The notes under the pieces were generated by a model, which saw only the letters and a list, made by a program, of their open reading frames with translations, ran no database searches and was not told the origin of the DNA. The position numbers were made by a program, and so were the translations under genes. From the UHGV virus genome UHGV-0360402: 41,827 nucleotides of DNA; one strand, given 5' to 3'. Every line of letters begins with the position of its first letter. Position 1 is the first letter of the stretch. Below are positions 17,963 to 27,772 of this stretch, piece by piece. This DNA is from a virus.

Positions 17963-18426
17963 TATTTTCTCTCCATGTGAAATCTGTGGAAATTAAGACC
18001 AAGAGCACCATAAGGCGCGGCTTCTTCAAGCCTGAATCCAAGCCAGTGCAGCCATGCTTTGGCAACATGGTTTCGCTCGTCGACGTAGTTTTCCAGGCGC
18101 GGATAAACTGCCAGCATCTGCTGCAATACAGGGCGGCAGTGGCGAAGAAATGTCTTCTGATATTTTTCAATACGGCTGGTTCCTACCAGCCAGGGCGTAC
18201 CATTGCCACCGATCATTGACGCCGGAGATACGCCAAACATGGTTACCAGTTCTCCGTTCGCAAATCCTGACCAGGCCATAGTCGCAGTGCGAAGACCAAC
18301 ACGCAGCGCATCTTCGGTAGTCATCAGCGATACCGCATACAGTTCGTCAATATCAGCCTGACGAACATCCGGCAAAATCATCTGAAGATGCTCTTCGGTA
18401 GCGGGAACAATTCGAACATCGATCAT
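17962..18426 (-). CDS. Virion protein (T7 gp13-like position; 154 aa)
   Basis: Coupled between tail and core genes. Confidence 0.45.
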   Translation of the reverse strand: MIDVRIVPATEEHLQMILPDVRQADIDELYAVSLMTTEDALRVGLRTATMAWSGFANGELVTMFGVSPASMIGGNGTPWLVGTSRIEKYQKTFLRHCRPVLQQMLAVYPRLENYVDERNHVAKAWLHWLGFRLEEAAPYGALGLNFHRFHMERK

Positions 18427-20897
18427 CAGAATCCCCCAACAGTAAGGCGAGGAATAACGGCAAGAACAGACAGCGGCAACGGGTCAAGCTGACGGATTCT
18501 TACACGTCCGTTTTTGCCCCAGTTACTGTCCAGTTTCACTTCTACTTTTCCGGTAGCATCATCAACAGGATCATCGTAGAACTCGAATTCACGCTGTGGA
18601 TATTCGTACCATTTACCGCCGGGCGTAGTCGCCCAGATGCCGCGGCTGGCATTCACAACCAGAGTAACGGATGGGATCACCTGTTTTTTGTCCAGCAGCG
18701 TTTCCTGTCCGTTAATGTTGATATCCAGTGTTTCGAATTCAGCAGTTATTGGCAGGCCGATGTGCACTACAGCCCCCGGTGATTCCAGCGTGACGGCACC
18801 TCCGGAAACTACTTTCTGTGGTTCCACGTTCGCATCAGAGAGGATGTTTACGGTCTGACCTTCAAGATGAGACAAGCCGCCAAATGCCCGGCGCGCCATC
18901 TGCCAGTTCGTGGTGGCCACATTCCTGAGGGATGGCGGGACGTTCCTGTTAGCACGAACCACTACAGCGGTGTTGCTGGTTACAGAAATAATGTCGCAAC
19001 GTAATTCTTTTGACACTTCATCGCCAGTATCAGGATCAGTTCCGGTATAAGGGAACTGTAGTTGCGCACCGACATCACTACTGGTGAAGTACGCACCACC
19101 AGAAATACTGATTGTATATTCCGCGCGGTAATCCCATTCGCCAGAACCACCAGTGATGGTCATCGTTCTGTCAGACGTATTTCTTCCATCATAGCTAAGG
19201 CCAGAATCAACAAAGAAAGCATCTTCATCGCTGGTAAATAAACGGCTGGACAGTCGCTCGATGTATCTCACTGTTTGCCCGTTAACGGTTCGGTTAACGA
19301 CGAAATACACTGCATCTTCATTTCCTTCGCTGATACTGCATGTGCTTTCATATTTTCCGGTACTGGATTGTGGTGCCCATGCAAAAACCTGCTGATCACG
19401 CAAATAGGTCATCACCAGTAATTTACCGTCATCACGAATGCAGAAGGCGCTGGAGTAAGGGACAATAGAGAAGCACCAGTCAACAATGCTGTGCTTCTGA
19501 AAAAGATGATTGGCAAGGATGGTCAGGTCGTTCCCCTGATAGCCGTCAACATCGAATGAGTAGGCCAGATCACGGACAACACTGCCTTTCTCCTGGACGA
19601 ACAGAGCAATATTCGCCACGGCAATTGGTGGGACATTGCTAGAGCCATTTGATCCCTGAGAGCTGAATGCAAATGATGATGGGGTTAACACTTTGTTCTG
19701 GTCGCCGGTGATGACGTACTCACCTCCAGAAGTCAGTGCCACCAGCGAACCGACATCAATCAGGTGGCGGATCTCATTAACCTGACGCCCGGCATAGGTG
19801 TAGATAATTCTGTCGTCATCCTGCGTAGGATTGCTTTTGCCAAAATCCTTATAATCCCCGGTACGGCTGGCCCAGATAGTCTGAGGGAACGCAGTCGATG
19901 CGGCGAAGTAAAGACGTTGTTGATAATAAACAACAGTGCCAGGATAACCATTAACACTGTTCCAGGCATATTTAGCCCATTTATAGCTGGCATTATCCTC
20001 GCCAACTACCTGCGAAGGGATATAGGAAATCACCTCGGCAGTTGCAGTAGTTCCATTTGCAGCAGTGATACGGGCAATGCCAAAACCACTGTGCAGATAT
20101 TCCCACTCAATGCCAGTATCATCATCACCGGATCCGCCCCAGCCATCCCATGATGTGCCTTCTGTATGCGAAGGGCGCAAAGTACCTGTTTTGCCTGCTG
20201 TAACGGCGCGATAGTAGTTACTGTCTGCACGGCGAATATCGCCAATCGACGTACTCTTACTGGTTTCCCATACCGGCACTGAATCCACTGCAGGCTGTTC
20301 CAGATAGAACAATTTGCCTACCTGCTCCGCGCCAAAAATAGAGGCGCTTGCCGTTAACGTAATTGTCCCGGTGCTGGCGCTGGCATAAACCGTCACTGAC
20401 TCGTCAATATTGATATCTTCAAATGGCCCGTTCTTCGTTACCACATCAACCAGTTGCCAGTTGTCATGAGCATATCGGCGCAACTCTTTCGGCGGGTATG
20501 CCGGGTGAACCAGCGTAAGCACGTCGGCGCTTTGCGTGAATTTAATTCGGAACAGATCGGCTTCAGTATATGGCGTGGCAATTTCATAAATAACATTGCT
20601 GCTGTTCAGCACCAACGCACCATCTTTGATAACGCGCATGTACTGGTGTCCGAACTCCAGAGCATAGGTCTGAACCGTCGAGAACTGGAACGGAATCAGG
20701 CGGCATTTCCGATTTGGGTATTTGGCGGCACCGACAAAACGCGTACCAGGTCGATTCTCAACGCCGCCATACTGCCGCACGATAAAGTTATCGCACTTGC
20801 GCAATGCCACCTGGTACTTCGCCATGTCGATACGACCGTACAACGACGGTCCAATCTCACCACCGGCAAAGCTGGGCTGGATCCAACTGATAGCCAT
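18426..20897 (-). CDS. Tail tube / nozzle protein (T7 gp12-like; 823 aa)
   Basis: Size and position after a gp11-sized gene; N-terminus MAISWIQPSFAGGEIGP resembles podovirus tail tubular B starts. Confidence 0.6.
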   Translation of the reverse strand: MAISWIQPSFAGGEIGPSLYGRIDMAKYQVALRKCDNFIVRQYGGVENRPGTRFVGAAKYPNRKCRLIPFQFSTVQTYALEFGHQYMRVIKDGALVLNSSNVIYEIATPYTEADLFRIKFTQSADVLTLVHPAYPPKELRRYAHDNWQLVDVVTKNGPFEDINIDESVTVYASASTGTITLTASASIFGAEQVGKLFYLEQPAVDSVPVWETSKSTSIGDIRRADSNYYRAVTAGKTGTLRPSHTEGTSWDGWGGSGDDDTGIEWEYLHSGFGIARITAANGTTATAEVISYIPSQVVGEDNASYKWAKYAWNSVNGYPGTVVYYQQRLYFAASTAFPQTIWASRTGDYKDFGKSNPTQDDDRIIYTYAGRQVNEIRHLIDVGSLVALTSGGEYVITGDQNKVLTPSSFAFSSQGSNGSSNVPPIAVANIALFVQEKGSVVRDLAYSFDVDGYQGNDLTILANHLFQKHSIVDWCFSIVPYSSAFCIRDDGKLLVMTYLRDQQVFAWAPQSSTGKYESTCSISEGNEDAVYFVVNRTVNGQTVRYIERLSSRLFTSDEDAFFVDSGLSYDGRNTSDRTMTITGGSGEWDYRAEYTISISGGAYFTSSDVGAQLQFPYTGTDPDTGDEVSKELRCDIISVTSNTAVVVRANRNVPPSLRNVATTNWQMARRAFGGLSHLEGQTVNILSDANVEPQKVVSGGAVTLESPGAVVHIGLPITAEFETLDININGQETLLDKKQVIPSVTLVVNASRGIWATTPGGKWYEYPQREFEFYDDPVDDATGKVEVKLDSNWGKNGRVRIRQLDPLPLSVLAVIPRLTVGGF

Positions 20898-21502
20898 CAG
20901 GACAACCTCGCAATGGTAAACTCGTCAACCGGTGGCTGTGGTTCCTGTGATTCATTCTGGCTATGCGAGCCAGCACTAAGAATCACGCGATTGTACATAT
21001 TGAGGGCAAACGTACCGAGGTCTGCATTCCCAGTCAGCGCCATGTTAATAGCTGCCGCAAGACGCCAGGCCAACGCCTCCATAAAAATGGCATCAAACAT
21101 GTTCACATCTGTAACGCGAGAGACATACTTGAGCCATGCCTGAGGCTGGTCTGTGTAGATCAACTTTCCTGTTCCGTTGGTGTCTGCACCAACTTCGTAC
21201 TGAACGCGCATTGATGCTGTTGGATTGCGTACACCAGGAAGCATAATTTCAGTAATGCGCAGACAATCTGACGGGTACTGGTACGCATATTCCCAGTCAG
21301 GCGGTGGATTGCTCGTATCTGCAAGCGCCACGCGTTTGGTAGCAAAGTTCCAGTCAAAATCAGAAAGCACAGCATCACGGCAGGCCTCAAAGTGCAGCGA
21401 ACATTCCCCCGCTTCCTTGCTGGCTTCCGTCAGGCTGTTAATGCTGCGGCTGTTGCCAATATTGGACAGCGCACGATTACAGATCTCTACTACAGAGGCC
21501 AT
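20897..21502 (-). CDS. Tail adaptor / tubular protein A (T7 gp11-like; about 201 aa)
   Basis: ATG 21502 with GGAGGTGA RBS (GTG at 21505); size and synteny. Confidence 0.55.
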   Translation of the reverse strand: MASVVEICNRALSNIGNSRSINSLTEASKEAGECSLHFEACRDAVLSDFDWNFATKRVALADTSNPPPDWEYAYQYPSDCLRITEIMLPGVRNPTASMRVQYEVGADTNGTGKLIYTDQPQAWLKYVSRVTDVNMFDAIFMEALAWRLAAAINMALTGNADLGTFALNMYNRVILSAGSHSQNESQEPQPPVDEFTIARLS

Positions 21503-21825
21503 CACTCACCTCCGTTACCGTACAGAGTTTCAGCCGCTGATTTTTCTACATCCCCGGAAACAGGAGCGATCGCCATATCAGTGATCTGCAGATCGGCGCT
21601 GCGATTAACGCCATCGTCAGTTTCTCTGGCAGACAGGCCTCGAATAACAGCCTTTGCAGTTATCATCACTTCCGTTCCGACGCCCTGAGGTTGCGCCTTC
21701 AGCTTATTCAATGTGTCGTTATTAAGAGTGATGCACAGCCCCCACGGGTATTCATCGCGAGTTCTGGTTTCTCCGCTCTCATCCTGGTAGCTGTCAGTGC
21801 CGGTTTTGAGGTTTACGAGTTCCAT
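21502..21825 (-). CDS. Hypothetical head/tail protein (about 107 aa)
   Basis: ATG 21825 with AGGAG RBS; preceded by attenuator hairpin. Confidence 0.5.
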   Translation of the reverse strand: MELVNLKTGTDSYQDESGETRTRDEYPWGLCITLNNDTLNKLKAQPQGVGTEVMITAKAVIRGLSARETDDGVNRSADLQITDMAIAPVSGDVEKSAAETLYGNGGE

Positions 21826-21837
21826 ATACACTCCTGC

Positions 21838-21860
21838 AATAAAGGGGCCGAAGCCCCTTG
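21838..21860 (-). terminator. Intra-operon hairpin plus U-tract (putative attenuator inside late operon)
   Basis: ggggc-cgaa-gcccc stem then TTTATT on minus strand, immediately before next RBS. Confidence 0.45.
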
Positions 21861-21875
21861 TCTGATTCGCGAGGC

Positions 21876-22220
21876 TTACACGCCCAGTTCTTTACGCTTA
21901 TCTGCGATCTTCTCGCGGAGCGTTTCGGCTTTGGCGTTATGGTGTGGCTTCTCGTTAAAGAGCAATTCGTACTCTTCACGGAGCTTATCCAGTTCACCAT
22001 CATCTGACACATCGTTGATGATTTTGGTGCTGGTTGCTGCCATTGACACCTTTCCTGCAACTTTTGCTTTTGCCTGTCTGGCTGCATCGTTAACAGGTTC
22101 CAGTGCGCTACCAGGCTCACCTTCGTATTCGATTTCTGCCCCCTCCGGCCACAGAGTGTTATGGATATGAGAGAGGCGCAGAACGCGGTATCTTGGTTTC
22201 TCACCTGACATCGATATCAC
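21876..22220 (-). CDS. Hypothetical head protein (114 aa)
   Basis: Position in head gene block. Confidence 0.5.
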   Translation of the reverse strand: MISMSGEKPRYRVLRLSHIHNTLWPEGAEIEYEGEPGSALEPVNDAARQAKAKVAGKVSMAATSTKIINDVSDDGELDKLREEYELLFNEKPHHNAKAETLREKIADKRKELGV

Positions 22221-22221
22221 C

Positions 22222-22659
22222 TTAACCAGTTACTTTTGAGCGGATCGGATACGGCGTATTGGCATCAACATCAAGACTGATACCAGCAGTGAATTCGCCA
22301 GCCGTTAGTGGACCAGTTGCGACGGAGTAGTTAACACGCAGATATCGCTGAACACCGGCAGGCACCTTTGCAGAAACAACTCGTTTACCTGCTGTCAGGG
22401 CGGTCTTTGCCAGTGCGCCACTATCATAAATAGTGGTCCATGAGCTGTTATTCTCACTCGTCTGCAACTGGATGTTTACAGTTGCATCACCGCTTGCCGC
22501 GGCGGCTGTGTTAACCAGCGCCCAAAACTCAAGCGGGTAACCAACGCCGATATCACGACGTTTTCCGTCAATTGGACCGAGATCGATTACGTCAGTAGAA
22601 GCCGCGGTATTCGTAACCGCCTGAGCTTCGGAGAACATCAACAGTTTGTCGGTGATCAT
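22222..22659 (-). CDS. Putative capsid decoration / accessory protein (145 aa)
   Basis: GGAGAAAG RBS; directly after major capsid gene and a hairpin. Confidence 0.5.
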   Translation of the reverse strand: MITDKLLMFSEAQAVTNTAASTDVIDLGPIDGKRRDIGVGYPLEFWALVNTAAAASGDATVNIQLQTSENNSSWTTIYDSGALAKTALTAGKRVVSAKVPAGVQRYLRVNYSVATGPLTAGEFTAGISLDVDANTPYPIRSKVTG

Positions 22660-22710
22660 CTTCTTTCTCCATTAGTGGGTCTGTTACGACCCACAGGTTA
22701 ATAACAGGCG

Positions 22711-23703
22711 TTACACCACGCGGGCTTCTGTTTCCAGAAGCGCATCAGTTTCACGGATTGGTACACCACGGAATGAAGTCCACCACTCGCCTTCTGTCTC
22801 TTTTACGCTGATCGCCAGAGATGTTTTCTCCAGAGATTGCAGATCAAGAGCCTGGCCTACAGTGCGGTTCATGTAGAACACCGGGCGACCCATGCCACGA
22901 TTTGGAATGCGATGCAGTGCTTTAACCATCAACTTCGCAATATTTGCGGCAGAGGAAGGTTCTGAAAGATTGCTGACATCGATGTTTGCAATGCGAACAA
23001 CATAACGCCAGTCACGCAGAGCAAGTCCGTTGTCCCATTTGTAATGGGTACGGTAGCCTTCGTACTTGCCGCCATTCGCATCTTCCAGTGTCACCTGGCC
23101 TTTATCTTCCATCTGGATACCAGCCTTCTGCCCTTTCGGGAAGATGCCATGCACGGTGTTTTCGCCCCACACCACTAACCAGATTGAGGTGTTATCTGTA
23201 CCCGTGCCACCAGCATCAATGATGTTCTGAGCATTACCCGCAGACAGGCTGGAATAGCGGGAGGACAGTCCCATAAACTGCTGAGGGTTAACGCTGGAAT
23301 CACCATAAAACAGTGTCTGCGCCATCTGCTGATTCATCGCTTCAATAAATGCGCGGTCTTCAGACAGGCGGAATTCGGCGGTATTACCGTTCAGATCAGC
23401 CAGTGACTTATCGACTTCAGCATAGGTTTCCAGCATGCCAACGGAATCGGTTACCTGCACTGTGGTTGATTTGCTTGGCTGTACGCCATAGTTCAGCAAA
23501 CGCCAGGTAGCTGAAGGTAAACCAGAACGAATGGTGGTTCGGTGTCCGGTAGGAAGGTTCCCTTCGACAAAAGGCATATCCTGAAGGATCGGGTTTGTTT
23601 GACCGAGAAGCTCGATAATCTTATCGACTTTCCCGTTTGGATCGACGCGCTTACCCCAGTCAGCCAGCGTTAGCGCAGTTAAGCCTTTAACAGCCATTGT
23701 CAT
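22711..23703 (-). CDS. Major capsid protein (330 aa)
   Basis: GAGAGGAA RBS; follows scaffold gene; size typical of HK97-fold capsid proteins; hairpin 22675-22694 downstream. Confidence 0.75.
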   Translation of the reverse strand: MTMAVKGLTALTLADWGKRVDPNGKVDKIIELLGQTNPILQDMPFVEGNLPTGHRTTIRSGLPSATWRLLNYGVQPSKSTTVQVTDSVGMLETYAEVDKSLADLNGNTAEFRLSEDRAFIEAMNQQMAQTLFYGDSSVNPQQFMGLSSRYSSLSAGNAQNIIDAGGTGTDNTSIWLVVWGENTVHGIFPKGQKAGIQMEDKGQVTLEDANGGKYEGYRTHYKWDNGLALRDWRYVVRIANIDVSNLSEPSSAANIAKLMVKALHRIPNRGMGRPVFYMNRTVGQALDLQSLEKTSLAISVKETEGEWWTSFRGVPIRETDALLETEARVV

Positions 23704-23711
23704 TTCCTCTC

Positions 23712-24407
23712 TTATTTGCCATAGAGCACTTCGGCCGCACTACGCTGGCCTTCATTACCACCGGTGACCATGCCATCTTCAGACATCGCCTTTCCGATTT
23801 TCACGAACGTTTTGACCAGATCAGGGTGATTACCCAGCCCGGTGGTGTTCAGATATTCTTTGAGTTCAGGTGTCCCGAACTGGTCAAGCGCACGCTGTGC
23901 GACGCTAAGGTTAGAAATCAACTTGTCGCCACCGATTTCTTTGTCAGCTTTTACATCCGCAGCCCACTGCTCGGTTGTTTTCTGCCAGGCTTCTGCCTGG
24001 CGCTGCTGAACACCTGCCAGAATCTTCGGATAAGCATCAACCAGCTTTTGCGCTTGCTCGTTGGTCAGGTTAAGTTCTCGCGCCACCGGCTCGAATTCCT
24101 TCAACGCTTCTGTATCCAGCTCTACGCCTTCGGCAGCCTGAAACTCGTACTTCTCAGGCGCCCCCTCTGGTTTATCGCCGCCCTTTTTTTCATCCTGCTT
24201 ATCGTTTTCAGGCTTTTTGTCATCAGCAGGTTTATCGCCATCAGCAACAGGTTGTGGCTTATCGCCTTCCTGTTGTGATGGATCACCAACTGGAGCAGGG
24301 GTATCACCTGCAGGCGCTGACGGTTCTGACGCAGCCGGAGCTGCTCCACCATCGACTGGTTGCTCATTGCAAAGACGGCGATACAGCAAACGCTCAAATA
24401 AATTCAT
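23712..24407 (-). CDS. Scaffolding protein (about 231 aa)
   Basis: ATG 24407 with AGGAG RBS; Pro/Ala/Asp/Lys-rich low-complexity N-half, helical C-half; between portal and capsid. Confidence 0.65.
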   Translation of the reverse strand: MNLFERLLYRRLCNEQPVDGGAAPAASEPSAPAGDTPAPVGDPSQQEGDKPQPVADGDKPADDKKPENDKQDEKKGGDKPEGAPEKYEFQAAEGVELDTEALKEFEPVARELNLTNEQAQKLVDAYPKILAGVQQRQAEAWQKTTEQWAADVKADKEIGGDKLISNLSVAQRALDQFGTPELKEYLNTTGLGNHPDLVKTFVKIGKAMSEDGMVTGGNEGQRSAAEVLYGK

Positions 24408-24409
24408 GA

Positions 24410-24706
24410 TCACTCCTGTTCACTGGCCTCTTTGGCCATCTTCAAATACTGTTCAGGGCAATGCGCCATAACGCGCTGAAACAGTTCCAACGCCAGATTG
24501 CGTTGCCCCTCATTAAATGCCATTGCCATAGCGTCCATCGGTGAGATAGCGGAAAACACACGGCCTTTCTCCAGCACCGACCAGACAACGCGACGCCCCT
24601 GTTCACTGCTCATGACAAAGCGAATGTCATCAATTTCACGCTGCGCCATGTCACGTTGCTTACGGGCGTTTTCTTCTTTCAGTTGATCGTCTTCGTAATC
24701 TGTCAT
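24410..24706 (-). CDS. Hypothetical acidic protein (98 aa) between portal and scaffold
   Basis: ATGA overlap with portal stop. Confidence 0.5.
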   Translation of the reverse strand: MTDYEDDQLKEENARKQRDMAQREIDDIRFVMSSEQGRRVVWSVLEKGRVFSAISPMDAMAMAFNEGQRNLALELFQRVMAHCPEQYLKMAKEASEQE

Positions 24707-26382
24707 TGTGATTGCCCACCCTGACCACTAACTGCATTCGCCATAGCTGACAAAACACTCGGATCCGAAGTTTTAGCTTCGCTTAGCGTCTTGGCACCCT
24801 GTGCCGCCGCCATCCCCATCGCCATCATTTGTTGCTGCTGTTGCTGCTGTGCCCGTTGCTGGCGAGCCTGCTCAACCTGTTCCTGCGGAACAATGACGGT
24901 TGGAGACACTCCGGACATATCAGCGAATGCATCGATCGCCTGATCAACGTTGAGTTTGTCGAGAGCTTCTGGTTTCGCTTGCGCAAGTTGACCAATGAAG
25001 TTAACCGTGGACGCCAGACTGGACAGGCCGATAGACTTCTGCGCCTGAGCCATGACGGAAATGTATTCGACCTTCAGGGGCATGCCTTCCATCGCGTCAG
25101 GCGGTGGCGGCAGCATGTTTTTACGCACCATCATCGAGAAAGCGCGGTCAATGAGAGGATTAAGACATTCGTCGTTCAGACGCTCCAGAACCGGCCCCAA
25201 CATCAGAAGTTTTTCTTCTTTCATTTCGATCACCGCTTCAACAGGCATCGAGCGGGTATTGATGTTCTGCAACATCATGAACAGATCGACAAAGTAGGCG
25301 CTGTTAATGATTTGACGAGTGTCCTGAATGTCTGCCACCAAATCTGCTGTACTGGGGTTAACCAGATAAGCAGGCCTGAAGCCATCCTGACCAGTAATCT
25401 GATCGATATACGTGATGTCGCCAGGAAGAAGGGAGGCGCGCTGATTCTTGAGGGAAGTCGGAGCAACCATCGGCGGATTGGTGGCTTTATCAATCAACTG
25501 CGACTTGCGCTTCTGGAGAAGCTGCAATGCCTTAACAGGTCCAAGCGCCAGCATACCCGGGCATGATGATCCATAAACATCTTCGCCGTTAACTTCCCAG
25601 CGCGGAGCCATAATTGGAAACTCATCGAATCCGGACTCACGCAACAACTTGTCGTTATCGCCACCAATCTCGTAATAAACCGATTTGAATGGCTTGTTCT
25701 TGCTATCCAGCTTCGATGTATCACGGTCAATGTTCGGGTAAACCGAATGCATCACTTCAATCCACTTCTCGTAGGTGCCGCTTTCCCACATGCTTTTTAC
25801 GGATTCGCTGACGTTATTTAGCCCGAACTCCTGAACAAGCTGACGAACAGTCATAGAGAACTTGCGAAAACAGGTGTCCACACTGCCACGAGGTGAGTTA
25901 GCCAGGTAGTAACTGCCTATCGGGAATGGCATTGTGCGAATGATGTCCTCGTCATCCTCCAGCACTGCCATTGCACCAGTGCTGTATGTGCCGAGGCTTC
26001 CGTATAACTGCGGCAGCGACTGATAGAGATTCGACTTATTGAACATATCGTTCATGCGGTTCTGCACCGCCTCAAGCCACAACTTAACAGGGCCATAATC
26101 CATCATTTCAGGATCTGGCGTAGCCAGGCGAAACCACGGACGCGCGGGGCTTGTGATGCCTGACATCATGCCGCTGGCGAGAGTGCGCGCCGCCATAGTC
26201 CCGGTCGAATCAATAATGCGTGTATTGCGTCGATCGTTACGGTTGACCTCAGAAGTCAGAAAGCGGGAACCACGCGGATTGATGTAATCACTCAACTCGC
26301 GCCAGTGCGGCTCGAACGACTGACGCTCGCTTTCAAGTTGTGCGAACTGTTTGTTCAATCGCTCTTTAGTTGTTTCCGCCAT
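24703..26382 (-). CDS. Portal (head-to-tail connector) protein (559 aa)
   Basis: GGAG RBS; Q/A/M-rich C-terminal tail and overall pattern resemble T7 gp8-type connectors; precedes scaffold and capsid. Confidence 0.75.
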   Translation of the reverse strand: MAETTKERLNKQFAQLESERQSFEPHWRELSDYINPRGSRFLTSEVNRNDRRNTRIIDSTGTMAARTLASGMMSGITSPARPWFRLATPDPEMMDYGPVKLWLEAVQNRMNDMFNKSNLYQSLPQLYGSLGTYSTGAMAVLEDDEDIIRTMPFPIGSYYLANSPRGSVDTCFRKFSMTVRQLVQEFGLNNVSESVKSMWESGTYEKWIEVMHSVYPNIDRDTSKLDSKNKPFKSVYYEIGGDNDKLLRESGFDEFPIMAPRWEVNGEDVYGSSCPGMLALGPVKALQLLQKRKSQLIDKATNPPMVAPTSLKNQRASLLPGDITYIDQITGQDGFRPAYLVNPSTADLVADIQDTRQIINSAYFVDLFMMLQNINTRSMPVEAVIEMKEEKLLMLGPVLERLNDECLNPLIDRAFSMMVRKNMLPPPPDAMEGMPLKVEYISVMAQAQKSIGLSSLASTVNFIGQLAQAKPEALDKLNVDQAIDAFADMSGVSPTVIVPQEQVEQARQQRAQQQQQQQMMAMGMAAAQGAKTLSEAKTSDPSVLSAMANAVSGQGGQSQ

Positions 26383-26396
26383 TTCAATGACTCCGG

Positions 26397-26603
26397 TTAC
26401 TGACCAAGTAGCGTTTTACCGCTGGTATTAGCGGTTGATGTGTCGCCCTGAGAACCGGTAAGCAGCGTAGAACTACGACCAGCAGCAGCGCGACGGCGAC
26501 GTGTTTCTTCGTCGCGGGCATCAACAACGGCGGCATCCTGCTCCTGTGGTGCTGCCTGAACTTCTGGTGTTGCAGGCACTGATGGTGAGCTACCCATGCA
26601 CAT
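26397..26603 (-). CDS. Small hypothetical protein (68 aa) upstream of portal
   Basis: RBS GGAGTCATTGAT-ATG nearly identical to portal RBS. Confidence 0.5.
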   Translation of the reverse strand: MCMGSSPSVPATPEVQAAPQEQDAAVVDARDEETRRRRAAAGRSSTLLTGSQGDTSTANTSGKTLLGQ

Positions 26604-26693
26604 ATCAATGACTCCGTACGCAATTAAATTATTACCAATTTAACCACATATGATTTATCTATCGTAGATAGTTGACATTTAACGCACGAATTA

Positions 26694-26708
26694 TTACCTT
26701 TCAGGTAA
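26694..26708. promoter_or_regulatory. Operator-like palindrome TTACCtttcaGGTAA
   Basis: Perfect half-sites; about 90 bp upstream of 26603 start. Confidence 0.6.
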
Positions 26709-27030
26709 GCAAAGAGTTCATTCCGGTTATTAACCTGACTGGCTTGTCGTTAAATTAAACAGGTGGGGTGAGCTTTTATTTTGAGCAGTACGGCGTATGG
26801 CACATGCGCCGATAGCGGTCTGGATACGTTTAAGGGGCACCCTCCCTTGCTCGGGCAAACGAACCAGGTAGCCGGAATGTGCAAGTCGAGCGGTTTTATT
26901 CCGCGCACGGGGATTCACCATCCCGGCGATTCGGTGTGACGCCTCGGAAGAGACGAGGGTACAACGATGAGAGCATTTATGGAGCCGCGACAAAGTGTGG
27001 CGCCTTAACAGGCTAAGTGCTCTCAGCGTT

Positions 27031-27107
27031 GTGGCATTAGCTCAGTTGGACAGAGCAACCGCCTTCTAAGCGGTTGGTCGCAGGTTCGAATCCTGCATGC
27101 CACGCCA
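27031..27107 (+). tRNA. tRNA-Arg (anticodon UCU)
   Basis: Full cloverleaf folds by hand: 7-bp acceptor stem, D stem gctc/gagc, anticodon stem accgc/gcggt with loop cuUCUaa (anticodon 27065-27067), T arm gcagg-TTCGAAT-cctgc, encoded CCA. Confidence 0.9.
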
Positions 27108-27150
27108 GAATCACGCCTAAGGACCGTGATGCCAGAAGTTCCAGGTGCTT

Positions 27151-27192
27151 GGCGGTGATAGTTTCCCTTGAAGGACTATCACCGCCCTTTTT
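27151..27192 (+). terminator. Rho-independent terminator after tRNA
   Basis: 12-bp stem ggcggtgatagt/actatcaccgcc plus CTTTTT. Confidence 0.8.
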
Positions 27193-27270
27193 ACAGCAGG
27201 ACGCCATTGCGATGACTTCATGCTGTAAACCAGTACAGCCACGGAAGGCATAACTCATTGCTTCCAGTTC

Positions 27271-27294
27271 GCCCGGTTCGCCGGGCATTTTTTT
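27271..27294 (+). terminator. Hairpin plus U-tract immediately upstream of moron RBS (attenuator-like)
   Basis: gcccgg-ttcg-ccgggc then ATTTTTTT, ending 1 nt before AAGGTGAG RBS. Confidence 0.6.
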
Positions 27295-27305
27295 AAGGTG
27301 AGATC

Positions 27306-27725
27306 ATGAAGACAATTGATATGTTGGCTAAGTATCTAAATGAATGGCCATTAAAATATTCTCGTATCGTTCAGGCTGAAGACTGCATTTTTTATGGCGT
27401 TCTTGCTGGTAATGAAATGCATTACGAAGTAATTCAGAGTGAGGGACTGGCTGGGTTAACTCTTAGCGAAGACCATGGTACTAGCGTTACGTTCCATGAC
27501 TGGATAACAGCACAACGTTCTGAAATGGAAAAAGGCGATGTTTTTGATATTTCTCGCGCTGTTTACGCTAAAGCAAAAAGTGATAATGATTACATGAGCG
27601 AACACTTATACAACATGAAGTTGCAATGCCTGCATGCGGCGCTTATTCAGAATGGGCACTTCGATAAAACAAGTGCCATCAATATTGCGGAAGCCATCAA
27701 CGCTGGATTTAATGCCATTAAGTAA
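27306..27725 (+). CDS. Hypothetical moron protein (139 aa), opposite strand to packaging genes
   Basis: AAGGTGAG RBS; own terminator downstream. Confidence 0.65.
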   Translation: MKTIDMLAKYLNEWPLKYSRIVQAEDCIFYGVLAGNEMHYEVIQSEGLAGLTLSEDHGTSVTFHDWITAQRSEMEKGDVFDISRAVYAKAKSDNDYMSEHLYNMKLQCLHAALIQNGHFDKTSAINIAEAINAGFNAIK

Positions 27726-27729
27726 CACC

Positions 27730-27741
27730 GTGACATGTCAC
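27730..27741. repeat. 12-bp palindrome GTGACATGTCAC (copy 2 of 3)
   Basis: Exact; preceded by TAACACC as at copy 3. Confidence 0.8.
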
Positions 27742-27745
27742 AAAC

Positions 27746-27772
27746 AGCCAGCCGATGAGCTGGCTTTGTTTT
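27746..27772 (+). terminator. Rho-independent terminator
   Basis: agccagc/gctggct stem plus TTTGTTTTA. Confidence 0.75.

Noticed and set aside
20454-21143. 229-aa plus-strand ORF antisense to tail genes, and similar long antisense ORFs (24829-25566, 31228-31842, 21691-22170)
   Set aside because: They lie wholly inside well-supported minus-strand genes, lack RBSs and have odd composition; shadow ORFs.
26730-26993. 87-aa minus-strand ORF upstream of the tRNA
   Set aside because: TTG start without RBS; Arg/Ser/His-rich product; region has tRNA-like stems and looks like structured noncoding DNA.
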